Origin: Myxococcota bacterium
GTDB lineage: Bacteria; Myxococcota_A; UBA9160; SMWR01
Direction: 5' to 3'
DNA: 64,000 bases
Assembly (NCBI GenBank): GCA_036560145.1
Contig: DATBRV010000009.1
Coordinates: forward strand, 16,189-80,188
The notes under the pieces were generated by a model, which was not told the DNA's origin, made no database searches, and saw only the letters and a list, made by a program, of their open reading frames with translations. Position 1 is the stretch's first letter, and each line of letters begins with the position of its first letter. Positions 17,786-26,177 of this stretch are shown one piece after another. A program made the translations under genes and the position numbers.

Positions 17786-18804
17786 CGCAACGCCTCCAGG
17801 AAATCGCCGAGATCGCGGATGAAGCCGCGATAGCGGCGCTCGAAGCCGCGCTGCCAGGGCAGCAGGTAGCTGCGGCGCAGCGGCAGATAGAAGAACGGAT
17901 TCGCCTCCCAGAGCACGACGCCGCCGTCCGCGGTGCTGGCGTAGTCGATGCCGCAGACGTCGAGGCCGAGCGCCTTGGCGGCGTGGCGCATCACGTCGTG
18001 ATGCTCTCCCCCCGTCCTCCACCACGCGAGGTCGGCGCGGACGCAGGCCCGCACCTCGCCGCGAAGGCCGTAGCCGGCCTTGCGCCAGCCCGTCGGCGGA
18101 CGGAATGTGCAGGTCTTGAGGCTCACGATCGGGCTCTCCGAGAACAGCACGGAGCGCGGCGAGACCAGCTCGCCCAGCACGAGCGCGCGCTTCTTGTGGA
18201 AGAAGCGCGACCACACGCTGCCGGGCCGCCGGGCGCCAAAGCCCGCCCGGGTGTCCACGAACTCGGCGATCGCGCCCGGATAGGCGATCTTCCGCCGGTC
18301 GAGACTGCGCCGCGCCTCGGCGCCCGACGCGAAGACCCACATCCCCCGCTGCGCGTGCAGGTGCTCGGCCTTGAGCAGGACCGGGCCGTCGAACCCCGCG
18401 AGCTTCTCCTCCAGCTCCGAGCGGTCCGCGAAGGCGACGTGCCGCGGTGTCGGAATGCCGGCCTCCGCCCAGCGGCGCGCCTGTTCGCTCTTGATGGTGT
18501 GCGAGAGCGCCTCTGGCGGGTTCGCGAGGCGGATGCCGCGGGCCTGCGCCCGTTGCGCGATCTCCTGCGCCTCCTCGAAGCAGGCCGGATAGCGCTCGCG
18601 CAGCGGGTCGGCGAGCCAGAAGAAGACGGCGCGAACGCCCGCGAGATCCGGCGTCGGGCCGCCGCCGGTCTCGTGGAATCGGATCGCGGCCGGCAGCTGC
18701 GGCCTCTCCACGGCCAGCCGCTGGAGCGCCGGCTCCAGCGTCACGACCTCGCGGCCGCGGCCGGGCCCGTGCCGGACGATCAGCACGTCCCCCCGGCGCG
18801 TCAT
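17782..18804 (-). CDS. ATP-grasp domain protein (ligase of unknown substrate)
   Basis: The ORF was trimmed to MTRRGDVLIVRHG... It has central ATP-grasp-like blocks (PVLLKAEHLHAQRGMWV and CGIDYASTADGGVVLWEANP). Its start lies 2 nt after the DUF3326 stop. Confidence 0.7.
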   Translation of the reverse strand: MTRRGDVLIVRHGPGRGREVVTLEPALQRLAVERPQLPAAIRFHETGGGPTPDLAGVRAVFFWLADPLRERYPACFEEAQEIAQRAQARGIRLANPPEALSHTIKSEQARRWAEAGIPTPRHVAFADRSELEEKLAGFDGPVLLKAEHLHAQRGMWVFASGAEARRSLDRRKIAYPGAIAEFVDTRAGFGARRPGSVWSRFFHKKRALVLGELVSPRSVLFSESPIVSLKTCTFRPPTGWRKAGYGLRGEVRACVRADLAWWRTGGEHHDVMRHAAKALGLDVCGIDYASTADGGVVLWEANPFFYLPLRRSYLLPWQRGFERRYRGFIRDLGDFLEALR

Positions 18805-18806
18805 GT

Positions 18807-20108
18807 TCAGATCCGCCGCGCCGTGCCGAGCGGGCGCCGGAGCGCGGCGGGCGCAATTCCCTCGCGCAGCGCCAGCAGCAGGCCGGCCGCCTCCAGGTAG
18901 GACTCCACCTCGATCACGTTCGGCATGCCGAGCCGGTCGTTGCCGACGCGGAGCACGCTCGTGTTCTCGCGCACCGCGATCAGCGGGATTCCGTTCCATT
19001 CGGCGGCCAGCGCGGGGATGCCGCCGAGCGCGCCCGCGGGCGCCACCACCGCGCCGACGTTCTCGAGCGTGATCCAGCCCGGCCGGGACGCCTCCAGCGA
19101 TTCCAGCACGCGCAGCCGCGGCGCGCGGTGCAGGCCCTTCAGCACGCAGAAGTAGTGCGGCGCCGAGAGGAACTCCGCCGCGGCGCGGGGGTTCGCGGTG
19201 TCAGGTCGTTTCAGGTCCTGGTAGTACGGAAGCGGCGCGTGGGCGGTGGGCACGCGGAAGAGCTTCGAGATCAGGTGCGTGATGATCGCCTCGACTCCGC
19301 CGGAGGGGTTCGGGGTTTCGCCGCGCTGGTGCCGCGCGAACATCTCCCCGGTGACGCCGTGGATCACGGAAACGCCGCCCACGGCGTCGCAGCCGCTCGC
19401 GAGCAGCCGCTCCACGCCCTCCACCAGCGTCTCGGGGTTCCGCAGCGTGCCGACCGCGCAGCCGGACTCCGACCACGCGATCTCGACGCCCATCTCCTGA
19501 TCCAGGACCGTGTAGGTCTCGCAATCCACGCCCTTCACGGCCAGCGCGGCGTGCAGGGCGTGGATCACCATGTCGAGGTGCTTCGCGCCCGTCGGGTCGA
19601 CGAAGCTGCCGATCCGGTTGGCGGCGACCGGGTCGAGGGCAAGGTGGCCGAGCAGGAAATCGTCGAGCGAACGGCCTTCGACGTAGAGCACGTTCGCCGC
19701 CAGCTCGTTCAGCTCCGAGGCGTTCACCGCGTTCGGGTGCGTCACCAGCAGATCCGAAGCGGCGGCGAGCAGGTTGCTGGCGGGTGCGGCGTCGCCCGCG
19801 AAGCCTCCGATCTCGCAGCCGATGCCCGTCGGCACGATCTGCACGACCGCGAACGGTCGCGCCTGCCGCTGGCGCCGGCGCGCCTCCAGGATCTCGCTGC
19901 GCGCGAGCCGCGCGAGGATCCGCTCGTCCGGGGCGCAGCGCACGACGGTGGCCTCGACGCGCGCCTCGCCGCCGTCCAGCGCGGCGATCGCGAAGCGCAG
20001 CGGGAACGCTCCGTCGCCCAGCTGCGAGGCGAGCCCGCGCGCGAGATGCGGAAGCCAGGGGCCCGCGGGCCGGCCGGGCAGGCGCAGCGAGAGGTTCTCG
20101 ATCCGCAC
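18807..20108 (-). CDS. DUF3326 domain protein with an N-terminal extension of about 95 aa
   Basis: GTG start. The core VQIVPTGIGCEIGGFAGDAAP...NPSGGVEAIITHLISK matches my memory of DUF3326. Confidence 0.7.
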   Translation of the reverse strand: MRIENLSLRLPGRPAGPWLPHLARGLASQLGDGAFPLRFAIAALDGGEARVEATVVRCAPDERILARLARSEILEARRRQRQARPFAVVQIVPTGIGCEIGGFAGDAAPASNLLAAASDLLVTHPNAVNASELNELAANVLYVEGRSLDDFLLGHLALDPVAANRIGSFVDPTGAKHLDMVIHALHAALAVKGVDCETYTVLDQEMGVEIAWSESGCAVGTLRNPETLVEGVERLLASGCDAVGGVSVIHGVTGEMFARHQRGETPNPSGGVEAIITHLISKLFRVPTAHAPLPYYQDLKRPDTANPRAAAEFLSAPHYFCVLKGLHRAPRLRVLESLEASRPGWITLENVGAVVAPAGALGGIPALAAEWNGIPLIAVRENTSVLRVGNDRLGMPNVIEVESYLEAAGLLLALREGIAPAALRRPLGTARRI

Positions 20109-20188
20109 GCGCTAGGCCCCCGGCCGGACGCCCGCGGCGAAGACGAGGCTCCACTGCATGCGCGCGCGAATGCGATCCGGAGCGGCGT

Positions 20189-20743
20189 TCACGGCTTCGG
20201 AAGCGCCGGCATCACCGCGACGTCGATCACCAGGCGGTCGGCTTCGCGTTCGAGGGCGTCGCGCAGCGCGCGTATCTCGAGTGTGTCGGGCACCTCGACG
20301 CGCAGCGACATCTCGTAGTGGGGCGAGCCGCCGGGCCCCGGGCGGCTCGTGCTCGAGAGCTCGGCGATGTTGACGCCGCGATCGGCGAGCACGCGGCAGA
20401 GCCCTGCCACGATCCCGGCGCGGTCTTCGCCGGCCGCCTCGACCCGGTAGAGCTTGGTGCCCGGGGCGGGCACGGGAGGCCGGCGCTCGCCTTCCAGCGA
20501 GCGCAGCAGGATGGTGAGGCCGTGATCGCGCTCGAGCCGCTTCGCGCCGACCGCGATCCGATCCGCCGTGTCCGGGGCGGAGGTGGAGCAGAGCAGGATC
20601 ACGGCGAAATCGGTTCCCAGGATCGTCATGCGCGAATCCTCGAGATTCGCGCCGCAGTCGTAGATCAGGCTCGCGAGCTCGGCGACCAGGCCGGGCCGGT
20701 CGCTGCCGATCGCGGAGAGGAGGATCCACCGCTTCATCGTCAC
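20189..20743 (-). CDS. Tandem ACT-domain protein (GcvR-like)
   Basis: Two ACT units are present: ILLSAIGSDRPGLVAELASLIYDCGANLEDS and VEAAGEDRAGIVAGLCRVLADRGVNIAEL. Confidence 0.8.
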   Translation of the reverse strand: MTMKRWILLSAIGSDRPGLVAELASLIYDCGANLEDSRMTILGTDFAVILLCSTSAPDTADRIAVGAKRLERDHGLTILLRSLEGERRPPVPAPGTKLYRVEAAGEDRAGIVAGLCRVLADRGVNIAELSSTSRPGPGGSPHYEMSLRVEVPDTLEIRALRDALEREADRLVIDVAVMPALPKP

Positions 20744-21038
20744 CTCGGGCCGTGTGCGGCGAGTGATACCCTCCGCCGGCGGTCCGCCGCAAGTCTCGCG
20801 TCTGCGCTCGCCGGCGGCTCGCGGCGATGTGGGCTGGGGGCTCGTCCTCGGGGTCGCCCGGGTCGAAGCCGGCGCAGCGCTGCACCGGGAGCGGCGGGTA
20901 GCGGCGATAGGCCGGGTCGGAATCGGCGCGCCGGCAGCGCCAGAAGCGCCCGCCGCGGGCGCTGCGCTGGAGCGCCGCGAAGCGGCAGCGCGTGCACAGC
21001 CCCACCCGCGCGCGCTCGCCGTTCGCGTTCGGTTCCAC
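20744..21038 (-). CDS. Cys4 mini-protein (CxxC...C...C); 3' end unresolved
   Basis: The GTG at 21036-21038 starts MEPNANGERARVGLCTRCRFAALQRSARGGRFWRCRRADSDPAYRRYPPLPVQRCAGFDPGD. Third-codon-position GC (GC3) is near 95% for the first 70 or so codons, then drops. This frame has no stop until 20112, deep inside the ACT gene. Confidence 0.35.
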
Positions 21039-21064
21039 GGGCGATCAGTCTACAATCGGCGCCG

Positions 21065-21988
21065 ATGGGACGCCTCGGCGAGATCGCGCTCCGCCTGCAA
21101 CGCGTGCTCGAGCTCGGCGAGCGGCTGCTGGCCGAGCTCGCCGGCGCCGGGCCGGATCCCGGGGCCTTCGAGCGCTGCCTCGCCTTCCGCTGGGAGGCGG
21201 ACCGCGGGCCCGGCCGGCTCGCTCCGATCGCCGAGCCGCAGCTCTTCGACCTCGACGATCTGATCGGCGTCGAACGTTCGCTCGCCAGGCTGCTCGCCAA
21301 CACGGAGCAGTTCGTGCACGGGCTGCCGGCGAACCACGTGCTCCTCTTCGGCGAGCGCGGCACGGGAAAATCCTCGGCCGTGCGGGGGCTGGTGGCGCGC
21401 TTCGGCGGCCAGGGTCTGCGCGTGGTCGAGGTGCGCAAGGAGGACCTGCTGCACCTGCCGCGCGTGCTCGAAGCGCTGCGCGGCGCGCCCTTCCGCTTCC
21501 TGCTCTTCTGCGACGATCTCTCCTTCGACGCGGGCGAGACGCGCTACCGGGAGCTCAAGGCGGCGCTGGAGGGGAGCCTGCTCTCGCCGCCGTCCAACGT
21601 GCGCATCATCGCGACCAGCAACCGCCGCCACCTGCTGCCGGAGACCGCCGCCGACAATCTTGCGGCGCGCCTCGACGAGGCGGGCGACCTGCACATGGGC
21701 GAGGTCGTCGACGAGAAGCTCGCGCTCTCGGACCGCTTCGGTCTGGTGCTCGGCTTCTACGGCTTCGACCAGGCCACCTATCTCGCGATCGTGAACCGCT
21801 ACGCGACACAGGCGGGGATCCTCGCACCACGCGAAGAGCTGCACGCGCAGGCCCTGCGCTTCGCGCTCGAGCGCTCCAGCCGCTCGGGGCGGACCGCGCG
21901 CCACTTCGTCGACGATCTCGCCGGCCGCGAGCGACTGGCGCGCGTCGTCGCGCCGACGCATGCTCCGAAGTCTTCCGACGGAGGGTGA
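21065..21988 (+). CDS. DUF815 family AAA-type ATP-binding protein
   Basis: Translation from the ATG at 21065. Contains the Walker A GERGTGKSS, FCDDLSF, ATSNRRHLLPE and EKLALSDRFGL. Confidence 0.85.
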   Translation: MGRLGEIALRLQRVLELGERLLAELAGAGPDPGAFERCLAFRWEADRGPGRLAPIAEPQLFDLDDLIGVERSLARLLANTEQFVHGLPANHVLLFGERGTGKSSAVRGLVARFGGQGLRVVEVRKEDLLHLPRVLEALRGAPFRFLLFCDDLSFDAGETRYRELKAALEGSLLSPPSNVRIIATSNRRHLLPETAADNLAARLDEAGDLHMGEVVDEKLALSDRFGLVLGFYGFDQATYLAIVNRYATQAGILAPREELHAQALRFALERSSRSGRTARHFVDDLAGRERLARVVAPTHAPKSSDGG

Positions 21989-23068
21989 ATGGAGAGCCCA
22001 GCCCTAGGACTCTCGCTGGTGGGCCTGTTCGCCGTTGCCGCGCTGCTTCTCGCCAACGCCTACTTCGTGGCGACCGAGTTCGCGCTGGTCGCGGTGCGGC
22101 GATCGCAAATCAAGGTGTGGGTCACCGAAGGGCGTCGTGGCGCCGGGGCCGTCGCGCTGGCCCTGGTCCGGCTCGACGACGCGATCGCGGCGACGCAGCT
22201 CGGAATCACGCTCGCGAGCCTCGGGCTCGGCTGGGTCGGCGAGCCCGCGCTCGCCCACCTGATCGAGCCGATGCTGGCGTCGATCGGAATCGGCAGCCCG
22301 GTCGCGGTGCACGGCGTCGCGGTCGTGCTCGCCTTCGCGGTGATCACCTTCCTGCACGTCGTGGTCGGCGAGCTGGCGCCCAAGGCGCTCGCGCTCGACC
22401 ACCCGGGACCGGTGGCGCTGGCCTGCGCCTACCCGCTGCTGATCTTCGGCCGCACCTTTCGCTGGGTCCTGTGGCTGATGAACGGCTCGGGCAACGCGCT
22501 GGTGCGATTGCTCGGCGTGCGGCCCACCGAGAAGCAGCGCATGGTGCACTCTCCCGAGGAGCTCTCGCTGCTGGTGTCGGAGGCGCACGAGGCGGGCGAG
22601 ATCCGCCCCTACGCGGGCCGCATCCTCGCCAACGTCTTCCGCGTCTCGCGCATCAAGGTGCGCGACGTGATGATCCCGCGCGAGCGCGTGTTCGCGATTG
22701 ACCGGCGGATCACCCCGGACGCGCTGCTCGACGCGATGCGCGAATCCGCCTACACGCGCATCCCGGTCTACGATGGCGATCTCGACCGCATCGTCGGGAT
22801 CCTGCACACGAAGGATCTCTTCCACGTCTACGCGGAGAAGAGCGTCGTGATCCTCGCCGATGCGGTGCGGCCGGCGGTCGACATCCGGCCCGATCTGCCG
22901 CTGATGGACGCGCTGCGCGGGTTCCGGCGCGGGCGCAAGCACCTCGCGATCGTGCGCGATCCGGGCGGGCCGGTGCTGGGCGTATGCACGCTCGAGGACA
23001 TCCTCGAGGAGATCGTCGGCGAGATCGAGGACGAGCACGACGAGCCGACCGCGGCCGGCGGGGAGTAG
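21989..23068 (+). CDS. CNNM/HlyC/CorC family transporter (DUF21 + CBS pair)
   Basis: Contains NAYFVATEFALVAVRRSQI and the CBS region VMIPRERV...IPVYDGDLDRIVGILHTKD. Its ATG directly follows the previous gene's stop. Confidence 0.85.
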   Translation: MESPALGLSLVGLFAVAALLLANAYFVATEFALVAVRRSQIKVWVTEGRRGAGAVALALVRLDDAIAATQLGITLASLGLGWVGEPALAHLIEPMLASIGIGSPVAVHGVAVVLAFAVITFLHVVVGELAPKALALDHPGPVALACAYPLLIFGRTFRWVLWLMNGSGNALVRLLGVRPTEKQRMVHSPEELSLLVSEAHEAGEIRPYAGRILANVFRVSRIKVRDVMIPRERVFAIDRRITPDALLDAMRESAYTRIPVYDGDLDRIVGILHTKDLFHVYAEKSVVILADAVRPAVDIRPDLPLMDALRGFRRGRKHLAIVRDPGGPVLGVCTLEDILEEIVGEIEDEHDEPTAAGGE

Positions 23069-23088
23069 GGGGACGGAGCAACGTCCCC
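23069..23088. terminator. GC hairpin between convergent genes
   Basis: GGGGACG-GAGCAA-CGTCCCC, followed by GCTCTTCT. Confidence 0.5.
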
Positions 23089-23094
23089 GCTCTT

Positions 23095-24282
23095 CTACCT
23101 CAGGATCCCCATCTCGCGGCCCACCTTGCGCAGGGCGGCGAGCGAGCGGTCGAGGTGCTCGCGGGTGTGGGTCGCCATGTAGGAGGTGCGGATCATGGCG
23201 CGGCCCGGCGGCACCGCCGGCGAGACGACCGGATTCGCGAAGACGCCCTCTTCCTGGAGCCGCAGGGTCATCGTGTAGGCGTCCATGTCCTCGCCGACGA
23301 CGATCGGGATCACCGGCGAGGCCGACGCGCCGGTGTCGTAGCCCATGCCGGCCAGCTCCTTCTTCATGAAGTGGGTGTTCTCCCACAGGCGCTTGCGGCG
23401 GTCGGGCTCGCGCTCGATCAGCTCGAGGGCCTTCAGGGCGGCGGCCACCGAGACGGGAGGCGGCGCGGCGGAGAAGATCTCGGCCCGCGCGTTGTGCTTG
23501 ATGTGCTCGATCACGCGCGCATTGCCGGCGACGAAGCCGCCGATCGCGGCGAGCGACTTCGAGAAGGTGCCCATCACGAGGTCGACCTCGTGCTCCAGCC
23601 CGAAGTGCTCGGGCGTGCCGCGGCCGTTCTCGCCGAAGACGCCGAGGCCGTGCGCGTCGTCGACCATCAGCCGCGCGTTGTGGCGGTTCTTGCGCTCCAC
23701 GATCGCCGGCAGGTCCGCGAGATCCCCCTCCATCGAGAACACGCCGTCGATCACGATCAGCTTGCCCTTGTCCGGGCCCGCCACCCGCAGCTTCTTCTCG
23801 AGATCGTCCATGTCGTTGTGGCGGTACTTGTAGGTCTTGCCGAAGCCGAGGCGGCAGCCGTCTATGATGCAGGCGTGGTCGAGCGCGTCGAGGATCGCGA
23901 CGTCCGAGCGATCGAGCAGGCAGGAGAGGACGCCCAGGTTGACCTGGAAGCCGGTGGAGAAGGTGAGCGCCGCTTCGCGCCCCATGAACTCCGCCAGGCG
24001 CTCCTCGAGCTGGACGTGGATCTCGAGCGTGCCGTTCAGCAGCCGGGAGCCCGCACAGCCGGTGCCGTAGAGCGCGAGGGCCGCGGCCGCCGCCGCCTTG
24101 ACCTCGGGATGGTTCGTGAGGCCCAGGTAGTTGTTCGACCCCAGCATCACCAGCTCGCGCCCCTCGTGGAGCACGACCGGATCCTGCGCCGACTGGATCA
24201 CCCGGTAGTAGGGATAGACGCCCGCCGCCCGCATTTCGTCGGTACGGATCGCCGACTCGGAGCACTTCTGGAAAACGTCCAC
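23095..24282 (-). CDS. Alpha-oxoamine synthase family PLP enzyme, serine-palmitoyltransferase-like
   Basis: Contains GSNNYLGL, GSRLLNGT, the PLP lysine motif GTFSKSLAAIGG and DDAHGLG. Overall it is collinear with the remembered Sphingomonas SPT, and with Kbl and BioF. Confidence 0.75.
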   Translation of the reverse strand: MDVFQKCSESAIRTDEMRAAGVYPYYRVIQSAQDPVVLHEGRELVMLGSNNYLGLTNHPEVKAAAAAALALYGTGCAGSRLLNGTLEIHVQLEERLAEFMGREAALTFSTGFQVNLGVLSCLLDRSDVAILDALDHACIIDGCRLGFGKTYKYRHNDMDDLEKKLRVAGPDKGKLIVIDGVFSMEGDLADLPAIVERKNRHNARLMVDDAHGLGVFGENGRGTPEHFGLEHEVDLVMGTFSKSLAAIGGFVAGNARVIEHIKHNARAEIFSAAPPPVSVAAALKALELIEREPDRRKRLWENTHFMKKELAGMGYDTGASASPVIPIVVGEDMDAYTMTLRLQEEGVFANPVVSPAVPPGRAMIRTSYMATHTREHLDRSLAALRKVGREMGILR

Positions 24283-24580
24283 GCCGTCGCCTCCCTCGAG
24301 CTGTTGCTGGCCTGGCCTACGGGGGGTTGTTTCGTCGAGCAGGGGGCTCGGATTGATGTCGTCGAGCTGGGGGCCCGACTTGAAGCCAGCGATGAGCGGG
24401 CCGAGTTTACCTCACGCCGGTCGGGCCCGTCACGGGGCTTCGTGCCCCGCGGGAAATCAGGATCCAGCTGGGATGGCGTCTGGTCAGGCCGGGATCCGGC
24501 TCGTAGACTCCGCGCCTTGCTGCGGCGATCGCCCGGGTGCGGCGATGTCCACCTTATTCCGTACCGGGGGCGGAGGCAGG

Positions 24581-25384
24581 ATGCGCGTGACGATCGGCCG
24601 GGCCGCGCACGCCGCCCTGCTCGGCCTCGCGCTGCTCGCCGCGCCCGCGTCGGCGGACGACCTCGATCCCGCCGCCGACCCCCTCCTGGGCGATGATTTC
24701 GCCGAGGAGTACCGCGCCGAGCTGGGCGCCTCCGTCCCCGACCCGATCGAGCCGCTGAATCGCAAGTTCTTCGTCTTCAACGATCAGCTCGACCAGCACA
24801 TCCTGCTGCCGGTGACGAAGGCCTACCAGTTCGTGGTCCCCTCACCGGTCCGCGCCAGCATCCGGCGCGCCTTCCGCAATCTCCAGGCCCCGGTCTACTT
24901 CGTGAACAACCTGCTCCAGCTGCGCTTCCTCGACGCCGCCCAGACGGCCGGGGCCTTCGCGCTGAACACGACCGCCGGCTTCGGGGGGTTCTTCAACGCC
25001 GGCATCGAAGCCGGCCTCGAGATGCACCCCGCCGACTTCGGCCAGACGCTGGGAATGTTCGGCGTGCAGAGCGGCCCCTATCTGGTCATCCCGGTGCTCG
25101 GCCCGAGCACCCTGCGCGACGGCTTCGGAGACCTGGTCGACCGCGCCTTCGACCCGCTCACCTACCTGCTCGGGATGGGCGACCTGATCTTCCTCGGCGG
25201 CAGCAGCGGGTTCGTGACGCGCGAGGCCAACGCCAAGGCGATCGAGGCGCTGCGCGGCTCGTCGGTGGACTACTACGCGGCGATGCGCAGCGCGTTCACC
25301 CAGAACCGCGAGTCCCGCATCGCGGAGCTGCGCGCGCAACTGTGCTGGAACCAGAAGCCGGAAGAGCCCGCGGCCGCCGAGTGA
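24581..25384 (+). CDS. mlaA: MlaA/VacJ family lipoprotein
   Basis: The ATG at 24581 follows a GGAGG SD. Contains EPLNRKFFVFND, FRNLQAPVYFVNNLLQ and GPYLVIPVLGPST. Confidence 0.85.
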   Translation: MRVTIGRAAHAALLGLALLAAPASADDLDPAADPLLGDDFAEEYRAELGASVPDPIEPLNRKFFVFNDQLDQHILLPVTKAYQFVVPSPVRASIRRAFRNLQAPVYFVNNLLQLRFLDAAQTAGAFALNTTAGFGGFFNAGIEAGLEMHPADFGQTLGMFGVQSGPYLVIPVLGPSTLRDGFGDLVDRAFDPLTYLLGMGDLIFLGGSSGFVTREANAKAIEALRGSSVDYYAAMRSAFTQNRESRIAELRAQLCWNQKPEEPAAAE

Positions 25385-25388
25385 TCGA

Positions 25389-26054
25389 TCAGAGGCTGTG
25401 ATCGGCGGGGGCGGTCGCGAGGCCCTGGATGCGCTGATCGAGGGCGGCGATCACCGCGTTCCACCCCTCGCGCTTGATCAGCGACGCGTACTCCGACCGG
25501 CGCAGCGCGAGCTCGCTCACCGTGCCGTTCAGATAGACGTCGATGATCTTCCAGTTGCCGTTCTCCGAGCGCAGGCGGTAGTTGAGCTGCACGCCCTCGC
25601 CTTGCGGCTCGATCAGGCGGGTGCGCACCAGCACGGTGCCCTGCGCCGAGGGCTCCTCCCCGAGGGTCTCGAAGCTCTGGCCCGAGTAGCCGTCGAAGCG
25701 CCCGGCGTAGTTCGCGATCATGAAGCGCGAGAAGGTCGCGACCAGCTCCACCTGCTCGGCCGGAGTGGCCTGCTTCCAGTGCCGGCCGACCGACTTCTCG
25801 GCCATGAAGGGCGTGTCGTAGGTCTCCTTCAGGACGGGCGCGAGCTTCTCGTAGCGCCCCTGGTAGCCGAGCTTCTCGGCGTCCTTCATCACCCCGAGCA
25901 GCGCGGCGTGCAGCTTCTCGACGATCTGGGTGGGGGGCGAAGCGGGCGCGACCGCCTCCGCGCCGGCCGAAGCCGCGAGGCAGAGCGTGGCGCAGACAGC
26001 CGCGAGCAGGGCGCAGAGCCCGCTCTTCGGCGACAGACGGCTGGGCAACGGCAT
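25389..26054 (-). CDS. MlaC/Ttg2D (HpnM-like) periplasmic lipid-binding protein
   Basis: Has a signal peptide and the family-typical block FSRFMIANYAGRFDGYSGQSFE...NGNWKIIDVYLNGTVSE. Confidence 0.8.
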   Translation of the reverse strand: MPLPSRLSPKSGLCALLAAVCATLCLAASAGAEAVAPASPPTQIVEKLHAALLGVMKDAEKLGYQGRYEKLAPVLKETYDTPFMAEKSVGRHWKQATPAEQVELVATFSRFMIANYAGRFDGYSGQSFETLGEEPSAQGTVLVRTRLIEPQGEGVQLNYRLRSENGNWKIIDVYLNGTVSELALRRSEYASLIKREGWNAVIAALDQRIQGLATAPADHSL

Positions 26055-26177
26055 CGATTTCCCCCCACGGCGAAGCGGCAGAGTCTAGCGAAACCGCATC
26101 CGGCCGGCGCGCCCATGTGCTAACCAATCGCCGCGCCCGAGCCCGGCCCCCCGAGCCCCGCCCGGCGCGGTGTATCC

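Noticed and set aside
16004-18856. A 950-aa ORF, read as one giant protein.
   Set aside because: Only the C-terminal 378 aa (from the ATG at 17140) look like a real protein. The upstream part is antisense to the NUDIX gene and out of frame with the ATP-grasp gene. The same reasoning was used to trim 9069-10973, 10469-12463, 17782-18999, 28957-30441, 41317-43023 and 53173-54741.
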